This document shows positions 50,551-64,000 of a stretch of DNA of 64,000 nucleotides, in pieces. A program made the position numbers and the translations under genes. The DNA comes from Bigelowiella natans CCMP2755 (Eukaryota; Protista; Cercozoa), in contig ADNK01001088.1 in the NCBI GenBank assembly GCA_000320545.1, positions 132,070 through 196,069 of the forward strand, given 5' to 3'. The notes beneath the pieces are model-generated. The model did not search any database and had not been told where the DNA came from. It saw nothing but the letters and a program-made list of their open reading frames with translations. The stretch's first letter is position 1. Each line of letters starts with the position of its first letter.

Positions 50551-53381
50551 TTACTCGAATGGTACATAGACCATGGAGCGGTCCGCATCGTAAATCTTTT
50601 GAATCATCTCGCCGTATTTCTTTTCAACCTGGAGTAGGACCATAGGACATCTTACTTACCAAAACATTTTCATTAATGGATCTTGAAGATTAGAATTACC
50701 ACACTGCGTTTGAGCTTCAGAGTTGGTGTGAGATCACCTATTTTAGATTATATTATAAGTTCGTGAAGATAATTATTGAAATCTACAATTATCATGCTAG
50801 TTCAGGGTGAAATCAAACTTGTTTCAACACTGAAGTCTTGAGGTAGGATGGTGAAACGCTGTATCTTCGCAGCATTGGATGGGCAGCAAGTTCCATCTTT
50901 GTTAGTTGCAATAATTGCATCCTTGATCATTTTAATGAAAGTCGAATCCTTTTCCAAACATAGCAATAAGATCAGGTCAAATGCAGATTTTGATACTTAA
51001 TTCGAAGATTAAATAAATGCATGCATTGAAGTCCGACCTGGCGTGCTTGAGAGATTGTAGTGATGCCTGCTTTCACCTCAGCAGAAGGTCCGGTGAGCTG
51101 TGTGGTTGTTTCATTTCCAAACGACGCAGGGAAAATTCTCAGTTGTGAGACGACGAGGTGTGTTTCAAGAAGCTTGGATATTGTTCGGATGATGTAAGGG
51201 CGAGTGTGTCATCATCATATCGTAAAGAGAGAAGTCCTCTCTCTGAACCTGGTCGGTCCCCGGTTTCTCCCCAGTGGCTCCCTCAGCTTTAAGCGTAATC
51301 AATGCGACGTTGAACTTGGCAACACCAAAAATCATCATTCGGAAAAATAAATCACACATCGTTTGTTCAAGCGTGTAACAAACAATCGACCGATTATTTG
51401 TGGAAAGTAACGATGATGTGATGATGATGATGATGATGATGATGATAATGATGATGATGATGATAATGATGATGATGATGCACGACTACCTTCCTTTTGT
51501 CGCCAACCATCATTACATTCGATATTGCAGGGCAGAGTTTTTTAATATTGGACCTGAATCAATCGTATGAAGTATGATTCAATGCCCCCCCTCCCCTAAA
51601 TGAGCAATAAATGAAGGCGTTACTACTCGATAGGGACTGGAGCAACGTTTTCTCCTCCTGCTCCTATGATGAGCTCTTTGTAGCGACCGGTGATCTTAAC
51701 CATGCCCTTCTCCGACATTGACCCTTTGTCTCCAGAGTGCAGCCATCCGTCCTGTGGTGGTGGTGCCAATAGAATAATGGGTGATAGTCATATTCACTGA
51801 TAATTAGCGTTGTTGGATTTCGTACGTCAGCCTGATTTTCCTCACCGGCCAAGATCAGCATGGTATCAAAGTAACAAACAATAATAATAATAATAACAAT
51901 AACAATACCGAATCGATTGCATCTGCATTCTTCTTCTTCATCAGCTTCACGTGGTCTTCTCCCAGCACTGGATTTGCCATGTAGCCAAGCATGATGTTGC
52001 GACCGCGAAAACTGACGATAGACAAGGCGGCATAGATGAGACGACTATGATTGTGTTGCTGACCGTGACGGCAGCCATTATTCCGACTAGTGTTTCGTCG
52101 GGGATCTATCTCGAGTAGTTCTATTTCTTCAAATGAGGATGTGCATTTTTGACAACTGCGAAAGAGAAGCATTGCTTCTAGAATTTGAGCAGAAGCGTCT
52201 TTGTTCGATAATATACCAAATCTCGCCTTGCTCCTCCTCCGTTGGCTGGAAGAGGTCTTTTGCTCTACCAAAGTTGAAGAAGAAGAAGAAGGAGAAGAAG
52301 AAGAAGAAGAAGAAAAAGGTAATAATAAATAAATAAATAAATAAACCAACTCAATAAGCCGACAAGCAAAGCTGCTATACGCATAATGAGGTTGACAACC
52401 TTGGCACTTCGGCGTACTTGCCCTCCTTGGTTTCTTTCAAAATCTTGACTTCACATCCAGGAAGAGCGTAGCCGCACGAGCCCCAAAGGTGAGTCTCATC
52501 TGACGATTAATATTACACCAACGGCTATGAATATGTTGCTTTTTGTCTGTCACCAACCACATTGTTTGTTATAGCGCGAGCATTTCTTCTTCATTTGCTC
52601 GTTTGGCATCTAAGATTGCGAGCTCTTCTTAGTATCTCGTAAATCTAGATCTTCGGACAGAAATCGGAAGATGTGTGTTGGTTTTGTTGGGTGTTGTAGG
52701 GCGAGTCTCAAAGCTCATCAACATCTTCTACTTTTGGCTACAATGCTTGATTATCGAAGAAACTCATGATTGTACGACTATGTGATAGCAGTGAATCAAC
52801 AACACCTAGACTCCAAGTAACAGCAGCGCAGCTCTCAGACATCCCGTAGACTTCATTCACCTGTGCCGACAAGTATGTATGACAATGCGTTTGCGCAACT
52901 TTGCCTGATGGCTTCTCCCCCTTCCTCCTCTCTTCTTTCAGCTGGCATCGGTTATGATGCTGCTGCTACACCTACCTGAATTCCAAGCGATCCAAAGTAA
53001 GAAAGGGTTTCTTTTGTAATGGGCGCTGCCCCGGTGAATCCGAACTTCATCTGGGTATCATCAAAAGAATTAGCAAAAATCCTACGAGTGCTTGTGGAGC
53101 TGTGACGCTGTATGTCGCTGCTCTCCGCAATGATGCGTCAATGATGCGTGGAGACACCACACACCTTGTCCAGGCCAAGCTTCTCTTTGATTTTGTCGAG
53201 CACGAACTTGTTGAAGATACCGTGCCCCATCGGCTTCGCACCGGTCCCTCCAATCTGACAGTTCTTGGCGTGCTCCAATCCAAGCTTCTTAGCCGTGGTG
53301 GAAATCGTTTTCACCTTTTTTGGTGAGAATAGTTAGTATTGGAAACAGACACCCTCACACAGACATACACACACACACACA

Positions 53382-53413
<32 letters not shown>

Positions 53414-54049
53414 CTAATGCATTCACACAACTGCCGCAAGACGAAGTTTAGTAGGCATCATGATGTCTTGTTGTTGAGTGTACCAGGCCCTTGGTCTTCT
53501 TGCCAATAGCTTGCAACTTCTCCGCAATCTTCTCCCAAACTCGGGGGACGCCGAGGAACATGGTCGGGCGTACGGCCTGATGGCAAATCACGTGTGTTAA
53601 TACATTTAATTCATTCAAGAAGGCTGACGAAGCTTAGGTGATCGATGCGCTTACAGGTCGCCATTGGTGTATTATTATTATGCACGAAGATGTACATCTC
53701 TACACTCGTATTGTTCATCAAAATAGGAAGAAGCATCTGCGAAAGAAGATAACCTTGAATCGCTCAACAATGCTAGCAAGCTTGAGGTCGTAAGGACGGG
53801 CAAAGAATACACAAATCCATCCAGGTCGGTCCTCCGCTCCAGTCATAAAGCTAGAAGATGTTAGATACATGCTCAGAAGACAATCAATCTGTGGGCAGCA
53901 TCGTGGAAACTTCGTGATTCTATGTCGTATATATCCTTACATCGGCATGATGATGTCGACCATCATTCCAGCAACGTGACTCAGTGGGAGGTAAGAAATC
54001 AATCGTTCTTCGCTCTGTGCAAAACAAATAAATCATCGTCAACGTGGAG

Positions 54050-54082
<33 letters not shown>

Positions 54083-54086
54083 TTAT

Positions 54087-54123
<37 letters not shown>

Positions 54124-55624
54124 CTATTCCCCTCCTCGGAGCAAGACCTTGGAATCGCCAATATTGTAGACCTGCGAACCCACGGCGTGGGACTCCCAAA
54201 GAATGTTGTCATGGGATACCATAACAGCCTGCGAGGTGGTGAGGGGAGGAGGAGGAGGAGGAGGAGAAGAAGATGATGACGACCTCAAAATATATTTAGG
54301 AAGCATCATTAGTTGTGATTCAGTGAGCGCACCTTTGGATTTCCCGTCGTTCCTGAGGTGTAGATGTAGGAAGCTACGCGGTTTGGCTTGATGTCGTCCA
54401 ATCGAGCCTGGAGCTTATCGTTACTCACGCTTTTGCCTAGTTCTATCAGCTGCTGCCACGTTAGCAATTTCACGACGCTTCCATCCTAACAAAAAGCAAA
54501 GGGAAAGCATTCATTGCAGCTCGCTCCAATGAAGAGATTATTGCTCGGACAACTACACCTTCCTCGTCAAGGTCTTTTCTGCGGGGGTTTCGGCCCAAAC
54601 AATTATTGCCTTCAATTTTGGTAGACTGTCGATACCCTTCGACAAATAAATTTCTCAGTTAATATATCTTTATCTACATTTTATTGGGTTGTGGACATAC
54701 TGATTTGAAGCGCAAGACTTTCTTGTTATCCTCGCACACTGCCACGGAGGCTCCAGAATGGCTGCACTTGTACTGGACCTATTATCCGCGAATTGAAATT
54801 AGAATCCACTTGCCCGGACCTTCTCTGCAAGCAAGTGCAGATTTTCATAACAATGTAAAAATATGAGCTACCTGTTCCGCGGTATCAGAAGGGTAAATTC
54901 CAGCAGAACAGCCACCGGCGAAAATTGCTGCCAAATCAGCGATAACCCACTCGGGAGAGTTGAACCCGTAAATGTTCACAGCATCGTACGGCTCAAGGCC
55001 AAGATCGATCATTCCTTTTGCGGCAGAGCACACCTGTAAATGATGCAGTAAGATGAGCGAGTCGACGCCATCGCTGAATAAGTGGATGGATGATCATCAT
55101 TACGTCGTCATAGTACTCTTGATACGTCCACGTCTTCCACTCATCGACTGGCTTGGAGGGAGGGACCTTGGGTAAAAAACAATTTGCTTAAGTAATGCTT
55201 GAGAGAGGAATTGCAATGAATATATACTTTCTTGTCCTTGACTTCTGGCAAAGGTCGTTCAACGCGCAAAGCTGGGGTGTTGGCGTGCAACTTCACGGCT
55301 GCCTTGAAAATAGCAGGAATGGTGGTTGGTTTCAGTCCTCCAGAGCTTGGATCCAACGAGCCAACACCCTTTTGATAAATCAAGAATTAATTTCTTCTCC
55401 ATTTCATTAGCTATGTGGATTCTTGGTACCGTTTTTGCACAAACAATGGGGACATCACCGTCGGCCTTTTCAGTCCACACAGTTTTCACATCGGAATAAT
55501 CAGGCAGGGTTTCCTTGGTAGGCACAGGGGGATCACGAAGCTTCGATGGAGGTGGGAAGATAAGAGGGTAGATTTTATACGCCAGGAATGCAACCAACAG
55601 CGCGAAAACGTAGAAGAGGGCCAT
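50551..55624 (-). CDS. Long-chain acyl-CoA synthetase, bubblegum (ACSBG) type, with N-terminal membrane anchor
   Basis: GFNSPEW, GIYPSD, YTSGTTGNPK, FLGVPRVWEK, VYGMSE, GRNIMLGYM, GWLHSGD, ITGRYKELIIGAGGENVAPVPIE, LTPTLKLKR. Confidence 0.92.
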
Positions 55625-56432
55625 AACCTACACATGTTACATCAAAGATTTACATCGAGTGAGGGAAATTGCACAAATTGTGGAGAGATTGAACCAGATT
55701 ATTTTGCAAACACTATAAATACGTTCACTTTAATCTATGTAATCATGAAATTCAACAATCTAGATAAGTTTCGAGCATATAAGCGAAGATTTGAGGCGGG
55801 GGCAGACAGACCGCAACACAAGCCGAATGAATGATCAAGCCAACTGGTTTTCGAAGATTTCCATAGAACACCAATATTTACATGAACGACTTGCAATTTA
55901 AATTGTCGTTAGATCTGAACGAAATGCTTCTTTTTTTATTGGAATATCTGAAAGCCTTCTTCAGAGAAAATTATCTCAAAAGGACTTTTTCGATTTCTAG
56001 GAAGTTGATTTAGAGGTGAGAGCAGTTCCTTTTTATTCATTTAGACTATATAAAATCAAGACGCATGTAAAATATGTAAGATATCCTAAGATATCCTTCA
56101 AATCTTTTGTGATCAGTTGTGACACTTTAAAGTAAAAACAATGCCCATAGATCTACGAGCAAAATCTCGAAATGATTAATTTAACACTTCAGACACTAGC
56201 CTTTAATTGTCGTTAGAATAAAATATGCCCCTCTTAAATCTATTTGGTCAAATATCGGAATCCCGATTCATGACAGATATTATCCGGATTCGTGGGATCC
56301 TGGAGGTTCTTCTCCAAGACATCTCTCAAATGGACTCCTCGAGCAGGAGGTGGGTATTCATGCTGCTTGTTTGGCTTCTTACCTGATTTTGGTTTTCCCT
56401 CCCTTGTTTATTTGAAGTATTGAAGCTTAGGT

Positions 56433-57209
56433 ATGAGTTCCAATCCGTCCTCCTCCGATGGGGGAGATAAAGACGTTAAGAAGGTAATCCAAGATGGTCA
56501 GCGTGTAGGTGGAGGGATTTAACTTCTTTTTTCTTCAGGCCACGAAAGTAGTTAAGGGTATCCTTAAAAAATCCAATCCCGGACCAGTAAGAAAGGATTT
56601 TCACTGGGACGAGGAAAATCTCAACAAGAATGAGGTAACAGCCATCCAAAAAACAACTTTCCATAATGTGGGGGAAATTCCTTCTCCCTGCAATCAAGAT
56701 TGCATTTTTATCTGATCTTGGCAGGAGGAAAAGGTCCCTCGGATGAAGATTGACGAACCTCCTACGCCTTACTACGACCCAGAAGCAGATGGTTGGATTA
56801 CTTCATCATTGAAAGAATGAAAATGGTGATGTAGAAATGCTTCCCGTTAGGCGAGGAACCAATAAACGAAGAAGATGCTCCCGAAATAGAAGTTAATGGG
56901 CCCAACTTAGAGCCAGAGGAAAAGGATGATACAAAGAGTAGCGGCAGTGTTGAAGGTGTAAACAAAATTTACAGTTCGTATCCTTTGCCTTACAACTGGG
57001 TAAATAATTTTAGAACTAGGTTTCTCCGAGGCTCGCAAGCGTCACTACCAAATGGGGTGAGAAAATCTCAAAAAATTATCATTGGTCCACTTGTATTGAA
57101 TATACCTAATGTTCATAGGGGGGCCTTGAAAAAAAAATCTAAGAAGAAAAATATGGCAGAATATCTAAAGAAAATAAATGCAGAATGGGGAGTAAAAGCG
57201 AAAAAGTGA
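56433..57209 (+). CDS. Protein phosphatase 1 inhibitor-2 (IPP-2/Glc8 family)
   Basis: KGILKK (SILK motif), FHWDEENL, MKIDEPPTPY, FSEARKRHY. Confidence 0.88.
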
Positions 57210-57988
57210 ACCAATTACAAATTCTTGCGGCGCAAGGATGTGTAGGCCACGCGATTTACACATAAGGATGAACGTAGAGACATAAACCTTAAGAAACATA
57301 GGTGTTCAAGATTATCATGTGGATGCCACGGAACATATCTTGTGATGCATTGTTCCATACTATGTACATAGTGCATTTACTAAATTAGTTGCTGCTACTT
57401 ACGCTACGTGTGCGTACGGCAACGACAGCTAGGTAACCTAGGCCAGCGTGCAGGACCGCCGTTGATCACAACGTTTATTTGCGAGAACACCTCGGCAAAT
57501 TGGGTTGAAGCTTGCATGTAAGCCCCCAGCTACGTACACTAGCACTAGAGCACATGGTGTGTGACGCATGCGGCACTTTCAGCTGCGCGACGAGACATCT
57601 GCACATCTGTCGCATGTCAAACAAGTGCCGCTATACCGCATGCGCGCATGATTCTGCAACATCACATGCATGTGATCATCACAAAGCTTTAGAGTTCATT
57701 GCAGCTTTGCTCATGCAGCCGCGCAATGAAGTACGTATATGTGTCAATAACTGTATACCATCAAGCGCATGCTTTATTACCTGCTTGACATGAGACCTAG
57801 TTGTACGTTGACTAAGCGTTTATTTGCACATGCACAATAGCATGATGAGACAGCGCACACAAACGTACAGCACGTGTTTCCATGTCGCACCGATCTTAAC
57901 ATATGACAAAGGTTTTAGAGTATGTAACATCAAGTACAATCGATCATGTAATCTCCATCCAAGCATGCTGTTCTGCCTTGTGTACGTA

Positions 57989-58515
57989 CTAGTCCAACAC
58001 AGAAACACATTTCTCATTAGTGACAAATGCTGTCCTTTCAGCGACGCAATCCTTGATATCCATAAGCTCAATATCGAAGGTTTCGAACTGTTTGGCACTG
58101 AAGAAGGTTTGGGGACCAGTGGGTGGTCCTAACAATAATATGAGAAATATTGATTTGTACAATAAAAGTCAGACAAAAAATCATGTATTTTGTTAGAATT
58201 TCACTGAAAACAACATTGATTATCAATGTGTTATTTTTTCTCTTGTACGAAAACGGTGGAGGATTCTCTGTAAACGCCTTTTCTGTACAAATGTTATGGT
58301 GTCGGACTATTCTGCACCATGAATTTTGTTTTTATAGTTTTTCTTCATATCACACTACGGATATTTACAAACAACTTAAAAAGAACTGACCGAAATTCGG
58401 CGATACAATGATTCTTCTGCGCTCTCCAATTTTCATTTGTTTTAGCGCGATTTCAACCCCGGGTACTATGGTACCCAGACCAATCTTTGATGATGGGGGC
58501 TCCGCCTGATATAAA

Positions 58516-58558
<43 letters not shown>

Positions 58559-60208
58559 CGAACGGTTGCAAAGTTTTTCCTCCCGGATAAATAGAAAATA
58601 GGAACATCTTCCGATCATCCTCGCTTCCAACGTTTTCCCTGGTGCCATTAGTGTGAATTTGCTACCTTACGGATGGAGCTATCGATTTGATCACCATTCT
58701 CGTTGTAGGCGGTGAATTCGAACACTACTTTTTGTCCTTCTTTTGGGAGGATGTCCTTACGCCCGGCAACCAGGACCTGAAAGAAAAAGAACAGAAGAGA
58801 TTAAGAGGACAATGCATAATGAAGGGGGTTGTAACCGCAGTTAGCCAAAATGAAAAATGAAGAAAGATATAGGAGAGAGGGAGGGGAGGGGGGACGAGAG
58901 GGAGCAATTAATGATTGAAGCCAGCAAAATTCTAGTGATTCACATGATCACGACCTTGTAAAAGAGTCCTTCAGGAGTTCGCTGGTAGTCATCCTCAATG
59001 AACATCTAAGAATTACAGAGGAGGAGAATGGGTGGAGAAGGTCAGACACATTGTCACTGTGAGGTTCGGCATACACTCTTTGATTTATCAAAAAATTACG
59101 GAAGAATAATCAATCTCATGCATTCGCTAGCAAACTGCTCGCTCTTGCTCAAACAAAAGATCGACATGTTACACTTACTTTCATCTTGTATCCGTCGCGA
59201 ACGAAGTATGGGAAGCCTTCTCTTGGGAGTCCACCTTTGCCCAAACATCAATTAGCTGTCAATTATAGGAGAAGAAGAACAGCAACGTGGTAGACGATAG
59301 TTTCTCATATACACCTCGCCCAGGTGAAGATAGTCTTTGTCGCACTGTTGGGTCTTTAAGCCTCATGTCTTCTAGAACGTTCCTCGGGTAAACGAGCGTT
59401 ACAGATCCATCCTCGTATTCTAGCCTTTCTGCCTGTGTCTGAAAGCAACGAGTTGGCAAAGAAATGATCTCGGAAGCATCGGATATGAAGACTACGACAG
59501 CACGTAAGGGCGAGGGCATGTTGAATGTAGCCACACGTATATCACTATGGTAAGTGGCACGTGGGCTGAATATGTTCTACCTCTTTCTCTCCAAGTGCTT
59601 TCCTTTGTTTCTCCCTCAATCTTTCGATCGCTGTCATCGGTTTCTCGTCGTCTCCTGGACCGTCAGAACTTATACTTTCCGTCTCTTCGGCTCCAGCCAA
59701 CCCCGAAACACTGGCTAAACCACCGGTGCCAAGTATTCCGTATAAAATCTTTACGTAAAGATAGCAGCAGAGGATATCATATTGGAAGGTCGTCTTACTC
59801 GTATCTAGATCTCATACTAGCCTAATTTTACGAAATTTCGTGAATCGTGGACGTATGTTAGATTACCGCTCTTTTCGTCGTTCTGTCACTCTCAGAGGAA
59901 CAGCTTGAGGCATCGCGAGCATTTGTTCTAAATCGCCAATTCATAGCCCGATTTGTAAGAGGTGATTTCCGCATCGTCCTTGCCATTGTCGTCACATAGC
60001 CACTGCTTCTCACGGGCACCGAAGCGGCGATAGGCTGTGAAAATGCAAACATGGGTGGAATAATGATTCGAGGCGCTCACCCTTCCACAACCACCCTAAT
60101 TTTCTATACAAGCATCCAGCAATAACAACAGACCAATTGGAAGCTGACGAGGAGTGCTGCCAGGACGGCTCGGGAGAAGGTACCCCTTGTCTTGTCTCCC
60201 AGCGCCAT
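57989..60208 (-). CDS. FKBP20-2: Thylakoid-lumen immunophilin FKBP20-2 with tripartite leader (signal peptide, transit peptide, lumenal transfer peptide)
   Basis: GFPYFVRDGYKMK, PKEGQKVVFEFTAYNENGDQIDSS, IVPGVEIALKQMKIGERRRIIV, GPPTGPQTFFSAKQFETFDIEL…DC…C, the hallmark motifs of plant FKBP20-2. Leader exons 60208-60134, 60095-60081, 60034-59867, then 59748 onward. Confidence 0.88.
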
Positions 60209-60453
60209 TCGATGTATTTGTGTTATGAGAGCTGGACGTGAGGAGAGAAATAAAGAAAATTATTCGAACTTGTACCTTGTCGCTTACATAAAATCGCATC
60301 GAATTTCTTCCTCAAATTCCTAGCAGTGCATGTACGAGAAAAAGAGACCAGAAAATGACAACTAAAATCGCATATATTTTATGTGTGCGACATGAAACTA
60401 GGCGAAGACGCACAGCTGAAACTAAAGCTCAGCAGACAGGACGTCGATTTGGG

Positions 60454-61450
60454 ATGGGCACTGGCACGTGGAGGAGCTTCGCAGCTCTGGCTGCTACCCT
60501 TGTCCTAACTTTTATGGCTTGTCTCTCCACGCAGCTTCCTGGAAAAAATCGACCATGGTCTTTATAAAGAAATTCATTATAAAATAATATAGCTCATAAG
60601 TCTCCAATCATTTACATGTGGAGGGACGATGAGATGTGGCGAAAGCCTTCATGGATAATTTTGGGCTGATTTACCTTCTTCGCACAGGCATCTTCCTCAA
60701 ATATCAAATATTCATCTCTCTACTGGTCTGAAGGCTTGTCGGAGGCAGTCGTCGCTGATGACGCCGTCTCTAAGACCGTCCGGTGAATTTGTAAAGGTGG
60801 TACCCCCCCCTTTTGTACGTGGAGAACCTTAACACACAAGCGCGCACAGAAACGCGGTGCTCACCGCAATAAACCATGATATATTAATTATATCTAGTTT
60901 CAGCCTCATTATCGACTCCGTGCATCCTCCTCCAAATCTCGGCTGTCATTCCAACCTCTCCAAGTTTCGTCAGCAGCCGTAGCAGGTGGCTATGAGGACC
61001 TTCCCGTCGAGGTGGAAAATGCGTTTTGGGATTGGGCAGAGGCTAGCGGCGTTAAAGCAAGCGATCGTCTTCGCCTTGCCAAGTTTGATGGCGTAGTAGG
61101 GCTCCGGGTATGTTCCAAGCACACACGAACACCCCTACAAGTGTATAGGATAGTCAGAACGACACTGATAATAACGATTATAATGGTGATGGTGATGATC
61201 GATAACGATGATCAGCGGATTGTTGAGTTTTTCGAACGCTATATTCAGGTCGCAGGGAGAGAAGAGACACGCAGTGGTGAGCTTGGAGGTGGGGGCCTGA
61301 GGCCTGGAGACGTTGTGCTGGAGATACCAAAGGAAAGCATCGTATCGATGGACACGTTCAAGGAAACTGAGTTGGGCAAGAAACTAGGGCCAGAGCAGAT
61401 ACGACTTAGTACGTCAGCCAACATGCAGCATGACTCTTCCCAATATGATG

Positions 61451-61486
<36 letters not shown>

Positions 61487-61707
61487 CGACGACGACGACG
61501 ACGACAACAACATGATGAACAATTATTGCACTCTATGTTCTTCGCAAACCTTATCTTTGTCCGGATATCATTATCACATTTGCTACTGCTGCCTTCTTTT
61601 GTCCTCTTACTCCATGATAGTCTCTTCGAAGGTTCAAATAGCTCTCGTACTACTACAAGCCCTAGGGTACTGCTCCTCTACATTGACGACTTATCTCTCC
61701 TCCTTTA

Positions 61708-61748
<41 letters not shown>

Positions 61749-61782
61749 GCCAGGCATGCAGGCGGATTAAATTTATACTAAG

Positions 61783-61848
<66 letters not shown>

Positions 61849-63507
61849 GCTGAAACAGAAGTGGGTCATCGGAGAAAGGCGGGGATATGGAGGGATTGCT
61901 ACCCTGGATTCAGCTCGTTCGGGGCAGCGAAAAGCCACGGCCTTGCAAATGGTCGATGCAGGAGATCGAAAGGTGGTTTTTGTGCTCGTAGACAAACGCA
62001 CCGTACATGCATATCGTATGAAATCATGAATCATACGTGTTCAGGACGCAAAACCCGAAGTTGATGACTTTATTCGGGGCTCTCAAAAGCCTAAGGCGGT
62101 CACAGCTAGAGCGAGTGCAGCCCCTTGTCAAGGTAAAGAGAAGCAGTTTGGGCTTTGCCGTTAGAAGTTGCAGCTGTTACTAGCGTATCCAACGAGAGAA
62201 AAGGGGAAGGAAAGAAGGGGCGTGAGGGGGATCTGTAGAAGAAAGGAACAAAAAGAACAAAAAGAAGAAGAGGGGAAAGTATCATCACTACTTCCACCTC
62301 TACAACTGCCGTCAAGTCATCACCATTATCGTCACCATCTTCCTCCTCCTTAGCTACATCATGTACCTGCTGCGCTTTCCAACCTTCTTCTTGCGCTACT
62401 ATATAATAATAACAAAGGGGATAGGCGGGCTCCAAATCACCGAGAGCGACTTCGACTGGGCGATGACAGAGGTTAGTTCTTAAGATGGGGAGGAGGAGGA
62501 GGAGGAGGAAGAGGAGGAGAATAAGAAGATTTGGGACCCTCGCCCGAATCTTAAAATGACTTGATCTTCGAGCTTGTATATGATTGTGCGTGGTAAATGT
62601 TCTTCCTCCTCCTCCTGATAGGTGGATCGGCGTTCCATCCTCCTCCCACCTGAGAAAAAGCCGAAGGAAGATCGGCGTCAGAAGCAGCAGCCGACTGCAT
62701 CATCGGCAAGCAATTCAATGTCTGCGAAGAATCGCACACTAGACGGATAGGCAACACAATAAACATTAATGCTGACGTGCATAGTCATTCTTTTTCATTG
62801 AAGCCCTTACTCTTCCTTGCTCATGGCTATCGAAGGCATGTCCTTGAGACTAGTAGTTGGATAGTGTGGGGTTTTCCCTTAAACTAAGTTTTCCCGCAAT
62901 TGGGAAGACATTCCGAAGGGAGGACCAAAATCACCTTTTATCAAACACTACTGCTGCTGCTGCTGCTGTAATCAGGCACATCGTAGCTCCTGTGCTAGAC
63001 TTCCTTCAGCCTGACCCTCTCGCTTCATGCCATCTGCAGCTAGATGATGGCAACGTCAAGGTTAGTGGTAGTAGCCGTAGTAGTAGGAGTAGGAGCTGTA
63101 GAAGTAATGGTAGTAGGAGAAGGGAGGTATTGAAACAGCAATAGATGCGATGAGGAGCTAGACTCAAGACTTAGGAGAGTAAGCAACTTATTTCGTGAGG
63201 AGGAATAATGTTATATTTGCGACCCACACCCCACGAAATCAGAAAATTCGAATCTTGTTTATTCCTCTTCTCTCCCCCCCCCCCCCCGTTTTCTGATACT
63301 CCTCCTCCTACTCCTCCTCCTCCTCCTCCTACTACTACTACTACTACCTGTTCTGGTGTTCTAATCGTTGCGACGCGTGCAAGATTGTGGCCACAGAACA
63401 GGTGACATCTGGAAAGAGAGTGCAGTTTCGTCCTCCGCCACCAGGCATCCCCAACGAGGTAGATAGGAGGAGGAGGAGGAGGCAGATAAGTGATTAACCC
63501 GTGTTAC

Positions 63508-63538
<31 letters not shown>

Positions 63539-63722
63539 CTCAGGAGGATGATAATGACGACATGGTTGATGTTGTCGTTGTCATCGATGGTGATGATGAT
63601 GATGATTATGAGGATGATGATAATGATGTTGATCGTAGGTGTTCCTCACTAGTCATGGATACATCCCGGAAATCAACACGAACGACTTTGTCACTCTCAG
63701 GGTAACGATGATGATGACGATA

Positions 63723-63758
<36 letters not shown>

Positions 63759-64000
63759 GTGGGTTGGGGAATAATTATTTTCAGCATGATATGATAACGA
63801 TATGCGTATCTGTCCCAACTGCGGTGAGTTTGTATCGTGTGCGTGTCCAGAAAGTGGGGGGAGGTGTCGTTATGGTGGACGATGCACACCTCACACTTCC
63901 TCTAGCTCCTCTCCTCCTTTCCATTCCTTCATCGTCTTCTCACCGGCGTCATCGTCAACCCATTTTATTTCCTCTTATTGGTTATCTTTTTCATGTGCTC
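60454..64000 (+). CDS. SET-domain (Rubisco-LSMT/SETD3-like) protein with bipartite plastid leader; 3' end outside window or unresolved
   Basis: Signal-like SFAALAATLVLTFMACLS followed by an S/R-rich transit region. Motifs AFWDWAEASGV, GLR, LRPGDVVLEIP, QIALVLL, LLPWIQL, DFDWAM, IVAPVLDFL. Confidence 0.7.

Noticed and set aside
1-64000. tRNA, rRNA, transposase or reverse-transcriptase genes
   Set aside because: No recognisable motifs found by eye; tRNAscan-SE, Infernal and RepeatModeler would be needed to exclude them formally.

Overview
Gene-dense, intron-rich eukaryotic nuclear DNA with GT-AG introns, many filled with microsatellites. It is most likely from a chlorarachniophyte alga (Bigelowiella-like). 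This is an inference from signal-peptide + transit-peptide leaders on plastid proteins, including a green-lineage thylakoid FKBP20-2. Manual splicing supports about 15 protein-coding genes: a NOP2-NIP7 fusion with an N-terminal signal peptide (runs off the left edge); an ER-lumenal p23/CS + 2x saposin-like protein ending SDEL; stomatin; a small coiled-coil orphan; plastid-targeted TrmJ; a tandem LsrG/ABM protein; a membrane-anchored TPS/TPP with a degenerate synthase site; a multi-TM + SAM-like orphan; a Clu-like + ankyrin protein; an LRR protein; COX11; a bubblegum-type acyl-CoA synthetase; PP1 inhibitor-2; FKBP20-2; and a plastid SET-domain protein (runs off the right edge). A degenerate MITE-like repeat recurs in convergent 3' intergenic regions. 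The most notable candidates are the signal-peptide-bearing NOP2-NIP7 fusion (possibly a host-encoded, nucleomorph-targeted pre-60S module) and the ER p23-canopy-like fusion (possible GRP94 co-chaperone). All family assignments come from motif recognition by eye; no searches were run.
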